Source: an uncultured Desulfobacter sp.
GTDB lineage: Bacteria > Desulfobacterota > Desulfobacteria > Desulfobacterales > Desulfobacteraceae
Reading direction: 5' to 3'
NCBI GenBank assembly: GCA_963665095.1
Contig: OY762069.1
Location: forward strand, 5,312,001-5,376,000
DNA: 64,000 nt
A model generated the notes under the pieces. The model was not told the origin of the DNA and did no database searches. It was given only the letters and a program-made list of their open reading frames with translations. Shown here piece after piece: positions 19,459 to 28,709 of this stretch (its first letter is position 1; each line of letters opens with the position of its first letter). Position numbers and translations under genes: made by a program.

Positions 19459-21564
19459 ATGGCGGCAGAAAGCGTCGGCATTATGGCAGGATTAAGGAAG
19501 GAATCATCAGATATTCTGATGGTTTTTGCCTTTATCGGCATCCTCATGGCCATGATTCTGCCCCTTCATCCCATTATTCTGGATTTTTTTCTGGCGCTCA
19601 ATATCTCCCTGGCTGTTGTCGTACTGATCACCACCATGTATACCCAGAAACCCCTGGATTTCAGCATTTTCCCCTCGTTACTGCTTATGCTTACCCTGTT
19701 CAGGCTATCCCTGAATGTGGCCTCCACCCGGCTCATCCTTTTGCACGGCAGTGAAGGTCCCGAAGCTGCCGGGGCCATTATTATGTCCTTCGGGGCCTTT
19801 GTGGTGGGTGGTAATTATGTGGTGGGACTGATTATTTTTATCATCCTGGTGCTGATTAATTTCATGGTTATCACCAAAGGTGCGGGCCGTATTGCAGAGG
19901 TGGCAGCCCGGTTTACCCTGGATGCCATGCCCGGTAAGCAGATGGCCATTGATGCGGATCTTAACGCCGGCATGATTGATGAGGTGGAGGCCGGGGAACG
20001 AAGGTCTGCCATTGCACGGGAGTCTGAATTCCACGGGGCCATGGATGGTGCATCCAAGTTTGTTCGCGGTGATGCCATTGCCGGTATTGTCATCACCCTT
20101 ATTAATATCGGGGCCGGCTTTATCATCGGTGTGGTCCAGCAGGGCATGGAACTGCGTGAAGCGCTGGGCAATTACACCCTGCTGACCGTGGGGGACGGCC
20201 TGGTCTCCCAGATTCCGGCGCTGCTGATATCTGCTGCTGCCGGCCTTCTGGTCTCCCGCTCCGGCGCGGAAAGCAAGATGGGTCAGGCCTTTGCCCAGCA
20301 TCTGTTTTCCAGCGCCACACCGGTGCTGGTGGGCTCGGTGATTATTTTTCTCATGGGTATGATTCCAGGACTTCCCTCCATTCCGTTCATGACCTTGGGG
20401 CTGACCATGGGGACCCTTGCCTGGTACTTTTTGAGAAAAGAGGAAAAAGAGGTTGAGGAGAAGCAGATTCAGAAGCAGGCGGCGGCCCAGGCCCAGGAAG
20501 AAGCACCGGGCAAACCTGAGGATGTGGATCATCTGCTGCGTCTGGATACCATGGAGCTGGAAGTGGGATATGGGTTGATCCCTCTGGTGGACAAGCAGCA
20601 GGACGGAACCCTTCTGGGGCGCATCAAAGCTATCCGGCGGCAGTTTGCCACGGAGATGGGTATCATTGTTCCCCCCATTCATATCCGGGATAACCTGAAC
20701 CTGAGTCCGGCCCAGTACCGGCTGATGATCAAGGGGGTGGAGACAGCCGGTGCCGAGCTCATGGTCAACCATTATCTGGCCATGGATCCCGGCGGGGTGG
20801 CCCAGAAAATTGAAGGCATTGAAACCATTGAACCGGCTTTTAATCTGCCGGCACTCTGGATACCCATGTCCCGGGAAGAGGAAGCCAAGTTTTCCGGCTA
20901 TACCGTGGTGGATAACTCCACGGTGATTGCCACCCATTTGACGGAGATCATCAGAAGTAATGCCCACAACCTGCTCAGCCGCCAGGATGTCCAGCATCTT
21001 TTGGACAACCTGTCAAAATCCAGTCCCAAGGTTGTGGAGGAGCTGGTGCCCGGTCTTTTAAGTGTGGGTGCCGTTCAGAAAGTGTTACAGAATCTCTTGC
21101 GGGAGCGTATTTCCGTCCGCGATCTTTTAACCATTGTTGAAACCCTGGCTGATTTTGCGCCGGCAGGCAAAGATCCGGATCTGCTGACAGAGTATGTCCG
21201 CCAGCGTATTGCCAAAGGTATGCTGGCCCCGTTCCTGCAACCTGGAAAAAAATTGCAGGTCATTACCCTGGACCGGCGGCTGGAAGAGGTATTTACCAAG
21301 AATGTCAAACGTACGGAACACGGCACCTATCTGGCCCTGGAACCGGCCCTGGTCTCTGAATTTGTCGGGGCCGTGTCAAAACAGGTGGATAAGCTGATTA
21401 CCCTGAATACCCAGCCGGTGCTCATGACCTCTCCGGTTCTGCGCCGTCACGTCCGCCGGCTGCTGGAACCGACCCTGGCCACTGTAGCGGTTGTCTCCCA
21501 TGCAGAGATTGTGGATGATATTAACCTGCAGGCTGTGGGAAAAGTGAGTTTGAAGAATGAATAA
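19459..21564 (+). CDS. flhA: Flagellar export protein FlhA
   Basis: RIAEVAARFTLDAMPGKQMAIDADL, GAMDGASKFVRGDAIAG. Confidence 0.98.
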   Translation: MAAESVGIMAGLRKESSDILMVFAFIGILMAMILPLHPIILDFFLALNISLAVVVLITTMYTQKPLDFSIFPSLLLMLTLFRLSLNVASTRLILLHGSEGPEAAGAIIMSFGAFVVGGNYVVGLIIFIILVLINFMVITKGAGRIAEVAARFTLDAMPGKQMAIDADLNAGMIDEVEAGERRSAIARESEFHGAMDGASKFVRGDAIAGIVITLINIGAGFIIGVVQQGMELREALGNYTLLTVGDGLVSQIPALLISAAAGLLVSRSGAESKMGQAFAQHLFSSATPVLVGSVIIFLMGMIPGLPSIPFMTLGLTMGTLAWYFLRKEEKEVEEKQIQKQAAAQAQEEAPGKPEDVDHLLRLDTMELEVGYGLIPLVDKQQDGTLLGRIKAIRRQFATEMGIIVPPIHIRDNLNLSPAQYRLMIKGVETAGAELMVNHYLAMDPGGVAQKIEGIETIEPAFNLPALWIPMSREEEAKFSGYTVVDNSTVIATHLTEIIRSNAHNLLSRQDVQHLLDNLSKSSPKVVEELVPGLLSVGAVQKVLQNLLRERISVRDLLTIVETLADFAPAGKDPDLLTEYVRQRIAKGMLAPFLQPGKKLQVITLDRRLEEVFTKNVKRTEHGTYLALEPALVSEFVGAVSKQVDKLITLNTQPVLMTSPVLRRHVRRLLEPTLATVAVVSHAEIVDDINLQAVGKVSLKNE

Positions 21565-22663
21565 AAAAATCTATCGCGCCCCCAATATCCAGAATGCCCT
21601 TGCCAGCATCAAGGAAGAGCTGGGACCGGATGCCATGATTCTTTCCACCCGCAAGGTGCCTAAATCACCCAAAGATCCCTATGGCAAGACCATGTTTGAG
21701 GTCGAAGCCGGTCTACCTTCAGAAGGTGAAAAGGAAACTCAAGATTCTGTCCCGTTGGCGCAGATGAAGGCCCTTCAGTCGGATGTAGCTGAAATTAAAG
21801 ATATTCTTTCCGTGGCCGGTTTTGGGTCTGGCATGCCGTCCATTCTGTGCAGCCATTTTGAATCCGTGGGTGTGCTGGCCTCACTGCTGCGCTGTGGCGT
21901 GAGCGAGCGTCTGGCGGCGGACCTGATTGACCGGGCCGCCACCGGACTGGAAGCCGGACTGGATACAGCCGGCCGGATGAATCAGCTGAAAAAAAAGGTG
22001 ATGAATCTGTGTCTGGACCGCTTGCGTACCCAGGATTTTTTTATCCGCAGCAACAACTCCGGCCTGCCCCAGGTGGCCGCCTTTGTGGGCCCCACAGGGG
22101 TTGGAAAAACCACCACCATTGCAAAGCTTTCCGCCTTCCTGACGTTTAACCGGAAAATGCGGGTGGGGTTGATTTCCGTGGATAACTACAGGATCGGGGC
22201 CTTTGAGCAGCTGAAAGCCTATGCCGGGATCATGGGGGTCCCATGCGTGCCTGCCTTTTCCCGTCAGGATCTGTCAATCGCCCTGGACCGGATGAGGTCC
22301 ATGGACATGGTGCTCATTGATACGGCCGGCCACAGCCATTATGATAAGTCAAAAATTGATGAAATCCTTGAACTGATCCGGAACGATTTCAAAATCAGCG
22401 TTCATTTAACCTTGAGTGTTACTTCTGAATTGATTAATATGAAAGAAGCGGCGTCGGCTTTTTCCGTTTTTAATCCAGATACCTATGTATTTACAAAAAT
22501 AGATGAAACCAAGCGATGCGGCAAAATTCTCGACCAGCTGGCAAGCTTTGACCTGCCGGTGTCACTGGTGACAAACGGTCAGAAAGTGCCCGAGGATTTG
22601 ATTCTTCCGGACAACCATGAGCTGTTGAAGATAATTCTAAAAAAAGACGCCAAAGGAGATTAG
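21557..22663 (+). CDS. flhF: SRP-type GTPase FlhF
   Basis: GPTGVGKTTTIAKL, DTAG, TKIDET, GQKVPEDL. Confidence 0.96.
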   Translation: MNKKIYRAPNIQNALASIKEELGPDAMILSTRKVPKSPKDPYGKTMFEVEAGLPSEGEKETQDSVPLAQMKALQSDVAEIKDILSVAGFGSGMPSILCSHFESVGVLASLLRCGVSERLAADLIDRAATGLEAGLDTAGRMNQLKKKVMNLCLDRLRTQDFFIRSNNSGLPQVAAFVGPTGVGKTTTIAKLSAFLTFNRKMRVGLISVDNYRIGAFEQLKAYAGIMGVPCVPAFSRQDLSIALDRMRSMDMVLIDTAGHSHYDKSKIDEILELIRNDFKISVHLTLSVTSELINMKEAASAFSVFNPDTYVFTKIDETKRCGKILDQLASFDLPVSLVTNGQKVPEDLILPDNHELLKIILKKDAKGD

Positions 22664-23557
22664 GTGGACCAGGCAAAAGGACTGCGGCAGATGGCCAGAA
22701 CAAACGCCACACAGCGACGGAAAAAGGGCCCGGCCCCGGGGTCGGACAGCTACCCTAAAGTCATTGCCGTCACCTCCGGCAAGGGCGGGGTAGGCAAAAC
22801 CAATATCGTGGGAAACCTGGCCGTTGCCATGACCCGGCTGGGTAAGCGGGTTGTGGTTATAGATGCGGATGTGGGGCTGGCAAATATTGATATTGTTTTC
22901 AACTTAAGACCCCGGTACAATATTCGGCATCTCATTTCCGGGGAAAAAACACTGGCGGAAGTGATGGTGACAACAACCCATGGTATCCGTATCCTACCCG
23001 GGGGGTCAGGATTTGCCGACCTGACCCAGATGGGTGAAGGGGAAAAACTCACGCTTTTATCTGAGTTCGAGACCCTTTCTGATACCACAGATATCATCCT
23101 TCTGGATACCGGGGCCGGTATTTCATCCAACGTGCTTTATTTTAATGCGTCGTCGGACCAGTGTCTGGTGGTGGCTACTACCGAGCCTACCTCGATCACC
23201 GATGCCTATGCACTGATGAAGGTGATGTCCCAGAATTACAGTCTGAAACATTTTAAACTGGTGGTGAATATGGTGGAGAGCCAGGCCGAAGCCAAAAAGG
23301 TGTATAGCTCCCTGAGCAACGCCCTGGATAAGTTTTTAAAGAATGTGGTGCTTGAATATGCCGGATTTGTTCCCTTTGATACGGCACTGCAGAAAGCTGT
23401 TCGAAACAGAAGTATCCTTTTGGATGAAGTGGACGGCGGCCCTGCCGCAGATGCCATGACAAGGCTTGCCCGGCATTTTGTCAATGACAGCCGGACAACC
23501 CAGAACCAGGGGAATTTAAGTTTTTTTATGAACAGGGTATTTGCAGCCGCCCAATAG
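22664..23557 (+). CDS. flhG: MinD-like ATPase FlhG (FleN)
   Basis: DQAKGLR N-terminus, VTSGKGGVGKT, EPTSITDAYA. Confidence 0.95.
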   Translation: MDQAKGLRQMARTNATQRRKKGPAPGSDSYPKVIAVTSGKGGVGKTNIVGNLAVAMTRLGKRVVVIDADVGLANIDIVFNLRPRYNIRHLISGEKTLAEVMVTTTHGIRILPGGSGFADLTQMGEGEKLTLLSEFETLSDTTDIILLDTGAGISSNVLYFNASSDQCLVVATTEPTSITDAYALMKVMSQNYSLKHFKLVVNMVESQAEAKKVYSSLSNALDKFLKNVVLEYAGFVPFDTALQKAVRNRSILLDEVDGGPAADAMTRLARHFVNDSRTTQNQGNLSFFMNRVFAAAQ

Positions 23558-23568
23558 GAAACCAATTC

Positions 23569-24315
23569 ATGGAATACCCGCAGATAAAAAGCCGTAAAGA
23601 ATGGGAAGCCTGGCGGCAGGAGTGTATCGTCAATTATGCTTATCTGGTCAAGTACATCGCCTCCCGCTTTGCCATGCGTCTGCCTTCCAGCGTGCTTTTT
23701 GATGAACTGATGTCGGCGGGGTCTCTCGGACTTATTGATGCCGTGGATAAATTTGATCCCGGCAAGCATGTCAGTCTTGAAACCTATGCCCGGTATCGAA
23801 TCAAGGGTGCCATCCTTGATGAACTGCGCAGCATGGATACCTATTCCCGGTCCATGCGCAAAAAAATTCAGGATATCTCCAAGGCGGCAAAGACCATTGA
23901 GGACGAGAAAGGCAGGCCTGCAGAGGAAGACGAGATCTGCAATGTTCTGGGTGTGGACCTGGAAACTTACCATAATATGCTCACTGATATCCATGGGGCT
24001 GCCGTCTTAAGTCTGGATGATTTCATTAAAACCAAAAAGAACGATGCCTATTCACAGACCCGGTTTCAATCCGGACTTAAAGGAGATGAAAACCCTGAAG
24101 ATGATTTCAATCGGGCGGAGCTGAAGTCGGTATTGGCAGATGCCATCAAAAAATTGACGGAAAAAGAGCAGATTGTCGTGTCACTTTACTATTATGATGA
24201 ACTCACCCTGAAAGAGATCGGCGAAGTTTTGTCTTTAACGGAATCCCGCATTTGCCAGATTCATACGGCGGTTCTTCTGAAATTGCGGACCCGGCTTGAA
24301 AGTTATGGAAGATAA
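23569..24315 (+). CDS. fliA: RNA polymerase sigma28 factor FliA
   Basis: LVKYIA...GLIDAVDKFD...RIKGAILDELR; LYYYDELTLKEIGEVLSLTESRICQIH. Confidence 0.96.
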   Translation: MEYPQIKSRKEWEAWRQECIVNYAYLVKYIASRFAMRLPSSVLFDELMSAGSLGLIDAVDKFDPGKHVSLETYARYRIKGAILDELRSMDTYSRSMRKKIQDISKAAKTIEDEKGRPAEEDEICNVLGVDLETYHNMLTDIHGAAVLSLDDFIKTKKNDAYSQTRFQSGLKGDENPEDDFNRAELKSVLADAIKKLTEKEQIVVSLYYYDELTLKEIGEVLSLTESRICQIHTAVLLKLRTRLESYGR

Positions 24316-24326
24316 ATGGCTTGAGC

Positions 24327-24342
24327 TGGTCTGATATTTGCT
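24327..24342 (+). promoter_or_regulatory. Probable sigma54 promoter of the accessory operon
   Basis: TGGTCTGATATTTGCT (GG-N10-GC) in the fliA-24410 intergenic gap. Confidence 0.65.
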
Positions 24343-24409
24343 TATCTTAATTACCAGTTATCAACAGCGTAACAGTTTGTATCAGTGATTTAAAACCATA
24401 GGGGGAGTC

Positions 24410-26143
24410 ATGTCAGACCCGGTTGCAGAAGAAGACGATCTAATATCCCAGGACGATATTGACAAACTGTTGGATATGGGGGACGACGATGCGGGCGAAC
24501 TCTCCCAGGACGATATTGACAGCCTTCTCAACGGGCCTTCTCCGGATGAGGATGCTGCCGGAGAACTGTCCCAGGATGACATCGACCGGATGATGGCGGG
24601 CAGTGCGCCGGAACCGGAGGCGGCAGCGGAAGAGGAGGACGCCGGGGAGCTCTCTCAGGACGACATAGACCGCATGATGAGCGGTAATACATTGGGCGGG
24701 GATGACGATCAGGAGGATGAAGACCTTGAACTCATTTCCCAGGATGATATTGACCGGCTCATGAATGATTCTTCAGATGAAGATCCTGATGATGACGATG
24801 ACGAGATGATTTCCCTGGAGGATATTCAGAGTGTGATGGTCGATGATGATAAAGGCGATAACACCCCTGACGCGGCTGAGTCAGACCCTGGTCCTGACAC
24901 CGGGACAATGGAAAGTGCCGATACCCCGGAAGATATTGGCGCATCCCCAGAGCAAATGGAAACAGAATCAGTGCAGGAAGAGCCAGAACAGGAAGAGCCA
25001 GAACAGACAGAGCCAGAACAGACAGATGATGGGACAGCCGGTTCTGAGGCCGAAGAAGTTCCTTATGATCCCTGGGATGAGCCTATTGATGAAGGGCAGG
25101 CCATGGATGTATCCGACTGCATGATTGCCCAGGAAACCATGGACGCTCTGATTGAGGCGGGCGTGATCAGCCCGGATACACCGGCAGAAGATGCCGGGGA
25201 TGCCGGGGGAGAGCCGGAACCGGCAGATTCTGGTGATGAAGATTTGTCTTCCAATGACGATCTTTTGGACGGTTTGGACCTGATGTCAGCAACAGATGAC
25301 GCTGAGGATGATGTCACCCAGGAAGATATAGACGCCCTGCTGCAGGGGGGCGATGAAGAGGATGATTTCCTGGATGAGGATGAGGATATCCTTATTTCCC
25401 AGGATGATATTGATACCCTGCTTATGGCTGCAGATCAGGAAGATGAGGATGTCCTCGGTGACCTTTCAGGCGAGGATGACGACACATCAGAACCCCGGGA
25501 TGCCCTTGATGATGAGCTGGAAGCTGAAGATTCGGATCAGGTCGTTTTGGAAGGGATTGAAGGCGCTGAAATTCCGGAAAGGGATGACCGGAAACCCAAA
25601 GGTCCGTCAGCCGGCAAGAGAATCAAGGCCCTGCTCAGTTCAAAAGTAATGCTGGCTGCGGCTTCCGTTCTTTTATTCATGGGAATATCCGTCCCCATAA
25701 GCTATTTTCTGTTTTTTTCCAGTGATCCGGTGCCGCTTCCTGAAAAACAGTCCGGATCCCTGACGGATATTGACCTTGGGCGGGACGTTCCTTTGGCCCG
25801 TTCCGGCCTTGAAGACACGGTGATGCCGGCCACCCGCCGGTCCGGAACCATTCTTTTACCCAATTTTATTATCCTTGCCTCGGATCAGAGTAAAACCATG
25901 ACCTATGTTTATGCAGATGTCTCTATTGATTATTCGGATCAGAGAGCCTATGATGAAATTAGTAATAATCTTGCTTTTTACCGGGATTTGATCTATGGGG
26001 CGATTCAGGCCCGGCTGGTGTCGGAAAAGAACAACGAAGTAACCAAGGCCGATCTGCTGTGGGACGTGGAAACCTCCCTGAAAAAAGTGCTGCCGCCCCA
26101 TTATTTTGACAGGATCACGTTTAAAACCTTTAAAGCCACTTAA
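24410..26143 (+). CDS. Acidic repeat protein (about 9 xSQDDIDxLL-type motifs) with a TM segment and C-terminal FliL-like domain
   Basis: Repeated ELSQDDID motifs; TM KVMLAAASVLLFMGISVPISYFLFF; C-terminal LPNFII...YRDLIY...ITFKTF resembles the FliL periplasmic domain. Confidence 0.75.
   Translation: MSDPVAEEDDLISQDDIDKLLDMGDDDAGELSQDDIDSLLNGPSPDEDAAGELSQDDIDRMMAGSAPEPEAAAEEEDAGELSQDDIDRMMSGNTLGGDDDQEDEDLELISQDDIDRLMNDSSDEDPDDDDDEMISLEDIQSVMVDDDKGDNTPDAAESDPGPDTGTMESADTPEDIGASPEQMETESVQEEPEQEEPEQTEPEQTDDGTAGSEAEEVPYDPWDEPIDEGQAMDVSDCMIAQETMDALIEAGVISPDTPAEDAGDAGGEPEPADSGDEDLSSNDDLLDGLDLMSATDDAEDDVTQEDIDALLQGGDEEDDFLDEDEDILISQDDIDTLLMAADQEDEDVLGDLSGEDDDTSEPRDALDDELEAEDSDQVVLEGIEGAEIPERDDRKPKGPSAGKRIKALLSSKVMLAAASVLLFMGISVPISYFLFFSSDPVPLPEKQSGSLTDIDLGRDVPLARSGLEDTVMPATRRSGTILLPNFIILASDQSKTMTYVYADVSIDYSDQRAYDEISNNLAFYRDLIYGAIQARLVSEKNNEVTKADLLWDVETSLKKVLPPHYFDRITFKTFKAT
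24974..25024 (+). repeat. In-frame 15-bp tandem repeat (about 3.4 copies) encoding QEEPE/QTEPE
   Basis: caggaagagccagaa x2, cagacagagccagaa, cagaca. Confidence 0.85.
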
Positions 26144-26157
26144 TAAAGGTGATATTG

Positions 26158-26460
26158 ATGACCACTGTGCATGGACATAACCAGATTTTTCAGCAATCCG
26201 GTCTTGCCCAGGAGTTGAACCACCAGATCCATTCGCCCAAGCCGGATCCGAGTCAGGCTGCGGTTCAGCAGCAGGATCAGCAGGTGGTTGAAAACACAAC
26301 GGTCCAGGGCAGCGAAGATACGGTAGCCTTGAAACAGGAAAAAGAGAAAGAAAAAAAGAAGAAAGAACGCCAACTCAGAAAGGCTAAAGCCCGGAACCCT
26401 GAAAACGATCTGCCGTCGGATCCTGATGCTCCGGGCCGGCTTCTGGACACCACTGCATGA
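26158..26460 (+). CDS. Small hypothetical protein with C-terminal GRLLDTTA tail
   Basis: AAAGGTG RBS; co-oriented, with stop/start overlap to the next gene; Q-rich then K/E-rich. Confidence 0.6.
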   Translation: MTTVHGHNQIFQQSGLAQELNHQIHSPKPDPSQAAVQQQDQQVVENTTVQGSEDTVALKQEKEKEKKKKERQLRKAKARNPENDLPSDPDAPGRLLDTTA

Positions 26461-27056
26461 ATCTGCCTGTTCCCGTTGAATTTCTGGTTGTTCTCTCTTT
26501 AATCTTAGACCTGTTTCTTATTTTTTTGCTGTTTCTTTTTGTCCGCCGTGCCGGACGCCTGCAGGCTGCTGTCTGTCATGAGCAGGAACCGGACTTTGAA
26601 CAGATAGCCGACACGGTGCAAAAGGAAGCTCAAGTTGCTGCCAAAGAGGCACTTACCAAGGCCTCAGGAATGATTGAACCGGTATTGCAGGCGTCAAAAG
26701 AGGCGGCAGAGGAGTTTGAACGCCTGGTGAAGGAAAAACAGCAGCTGACCCGGAAACTGGACCACTCTCTTGATTCAAAGCTGATCAGTATTAACCTGCT
26801 TTTGTCCAGGGCCAACACGCTTTACAATCAGCTTGAAAATCAGCACAACAGCATTTTAAATACCCACCCTCAACGTTCGCCGTCCTTGTTTCACAAAGAG
26901 AAAGACGTCATTGATCAGCAGCAGCAGATAATAGACCTTTACTACCGAAAGGTGGATATTGATTCCATTGCAGAAAAGCTTTCCATTCCAAAAGGAGAGG
27001 TGCAGCTTGTCATTGACCTCAAGGAAAAGTTTATTGCAATGGAGAACGCCAGATGA
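26457..27056 (+). CDS. Membrane-anchored coiled-coil protein with C-terminal HTH-like tail (DUF2802-like)
   Basis: N-terminal TM; C-terminal IDSIAEKLSIPKGEVQLVI matches the DUF2802/DUF6115-type tail. Confidence 0.65.
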   Translation: MNLPVPVEFLVVLSLILDLFLIFLLFLFVRRAGRLQAAVCHEQEPDFEQIADTVQKEAQVAAKEALTKASGMIEPVLQASKEAAEEFERLVKEKQQLTRKLDHSLDSKLISINLLLSRANTLYNQLENQHNSILNTHPQRSPSLFHKEKDVIDQQQQIIDLYYRKVDIDSIAEKLSIPKGEVQLVIDLKEKFIAMENAR

Positions 27057-28432
27057 TTCCGGACCTGTCGCTTTTCCCTGCGAAAAATATTTCCTCAGGG
27101 CCGCCTGGGGAGAATTTACCGGACCTGGACTTAAAACCCGGCCAGACGATCAATGCAAAAATCCTGGATGTTGTGCCCGGAACCCGGGCTCAATTGCTTA
27201 TCGGCAGCAGTACGGTTGAGGTGTCCACTCGGTTGCCTTTAACGCAGGAGATGGAGATTCCCCTGACCCTTGTGGGCACCCGGAACGGTGTTGTGCTGAA
27301 ACCTGCTTTGCCTGAAGCAACGTCTGCCCCGGGAAGTGATATCAGCCTTCAGATAGTTTCCGATAAAAAGGGGGCTGCTGTTCTGGCTGAGTTTGATATG
27401 ACGCCAGGCCGGACACTGACGGCAAAGGTACTTGATGTCGTACCCCGGAACCGTGTCCAGCTGGTTACAGGGGGAAAGCAGCTTACCGTCTCAACCCAGC
27501 TGCCCTTAAAGCCGGGTATGGAAATTTCTTTAACAGCGGCCCAAACCCGGGACGGCATCGTACTTAAACCATCCGCATCTCAGGCGTTGAGCCTGCCAGG
27601 GGATGGTGCCCAACCTCTTCCCGGGACTGAGAAAGCCTTCCAGACCACCCCTTCCTCCTTTATTTTCTCCAGGATTTTTCAGGGGCTGGCTGAGCTTGGC
27701 CAGACCAGAGAACCGGTACTGAACAAGATTCTCATGGGGCTTGCCTTGAAGTCAGGGCAGCGGGATGATCAATTCCTGCCAAGAATTCTGGAGGATGTCG
27801 GCCTGAATTTTGAAAAGAAACTGGCAGACGGTATTGAGGGCGGCAAAGGCGGAAAATCTGTAAACCCGTTAATGGAGCAACTGGCTGACAAAGATTTAAA
27901 AGCGGCGGTTCTCACCCTTCTCGGATCAGAGGGTCAGAGTGAAAAGGCAGAAACCTTAAAGCATATTATCCGGACCCTGGACAGTTTCGGACAGTTAAAT
28001 GCCAAAGCCGGGGAAGGGGGACAGACCCAGGATGGGAACCGTTTTCTGATTCCCTTCCCGGTCTGGACTGAAGAGGGGTTTGATTTCGGTCAACTGATGG
28101 TGGATGTGGGCAGCGGACAGTCAAAGGGGGCAGAAAATAAACTGATCAATATTTCCTTTTTATTGAATATGACGGCCCTTGGCCCCCTGCGGGCAGATTT
28201 TTCTATCCTGGATAAAACCCTGGCAGGTGGGTTTCTGCTGGAAGATCAGGAGACCTGCGACTACATTGACGGACTGATTCCTGAGCTGAGAAGCCGCCTG
28301 TCAGGTATTGGATACAAGGCAGGAACGATCAGCTGCCGGGTGGCTGAGCCTGACCAGATAACTCCTGCCAGCCTGATGATCTCTATGAAAGAGGCCTCTG
28401 CAGATGAGGAGAGCCTGGATATTGTGGTGTAG
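27053..28432 (+). CDS. Second FliK-like protein with duplicated N-terminal beta-domain
   Basis: C-terminal FLLNMTALGPLRAD...LRSRLSGIGY (FliK_C-like) ending SLDIVV; two LxPGxTxxAKxLDVVP repeats. Confidence 0.7.
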   Translation: MIPDLSLFPAKNISSGPPGENLPDLDLKPGQTINAKILDVVPGTRAQLLIGSSTVEVSTRLPLTQEMEIPLTLVGTRNGVVLKPALPEATSAPGSDISLQIVSDKKGAAVLAEFDMTPGRTLTAKVLDVVPRNRVQLVTGGKQLTVSTQLPLKPGMEISLTAAQTRDGIVLKPSASQALSLPGDGAQPLPGTEKAFQTTPSSFIFSRIFQGLAELGQTREPVLNKILMGLALKSGQRDDQFLPRILEDVGLNFEKKLADGIEGGKGGKSVNPLMEQLADKDLKAAVLTLLGSEGQSEKAETLKHIIRTLDSFGQLNAKAGEGGQTQDGNRFLIPFPVWTEEGFDFGQLMVDVGSGQSKGAENKLINISFLLNMTALGPLRADFSILDKTLAGGFLLEDQETCDYIDGLIPELRSRLSGIGYKAGTISCRVAEPDQITPASLMISMKEASADEESLDIVV

Positions 28433-28434
28433 TT

Positions 28435-28707
28435 GTGGCGCGGGATAAAAACAGAAAAAAAGCCGTTGCCTTAAGGTATGACCGGCTTAAAGACGATGCG
28501 CCAAAGGTTATGGCCAAGGGGCAGGGCAAGGTGGCTGAAAATATTATTGCGCTGGCTCTGGCCCATGGCGTTCCAATCAAAGATGATCCGGATCTGGTGG
28601 AGGTGCTGGCATCTCTTGAAATTAACCAGGAGATCCCTGCAGAAATTTATGTGGCAGTGGCCGAGCTTCTGGCCTTTGTCTATGCCGCCAATGCGGATAA
28701 AACCTGA
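28435..28707 (+). CDS. Stand-alone FlhB C-terminal domain protein (FlhX/YlqH-like)
   Basis: KKAVALRYD...APKVMAKGQG...IPAEIYVAVAELLAFVY, homologous to the C-terminus of FlhB in this window. Confidence 0.9.
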   Translation: MARDKNRKKAVALRYDRLKDDAPKVMAKGQGKVAENIIALALAHGVPIKDDPDLVEVLASLEINQEIPAEIYVAVAELLAFVYAANADKT

Positions 28708-28709
28708 TG

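Noticed and set aside
19705..20997. 430-aa antisense ORF opposite flhA
   Set aside because: No recognisable motif; explained as a shadow of codon bias in a conserved gene. The same applies to 23236-23994, 55032-55790 and 39431-40099.
24440..25423. Repeated tcccaggaygayatygac DNA motif as a CRISPR array or DNA repeat element
   Set aside because: Copies are in frame, vary at synonymous sites and are irregularly spaced; this is a protein repeat and no cas genes are present.
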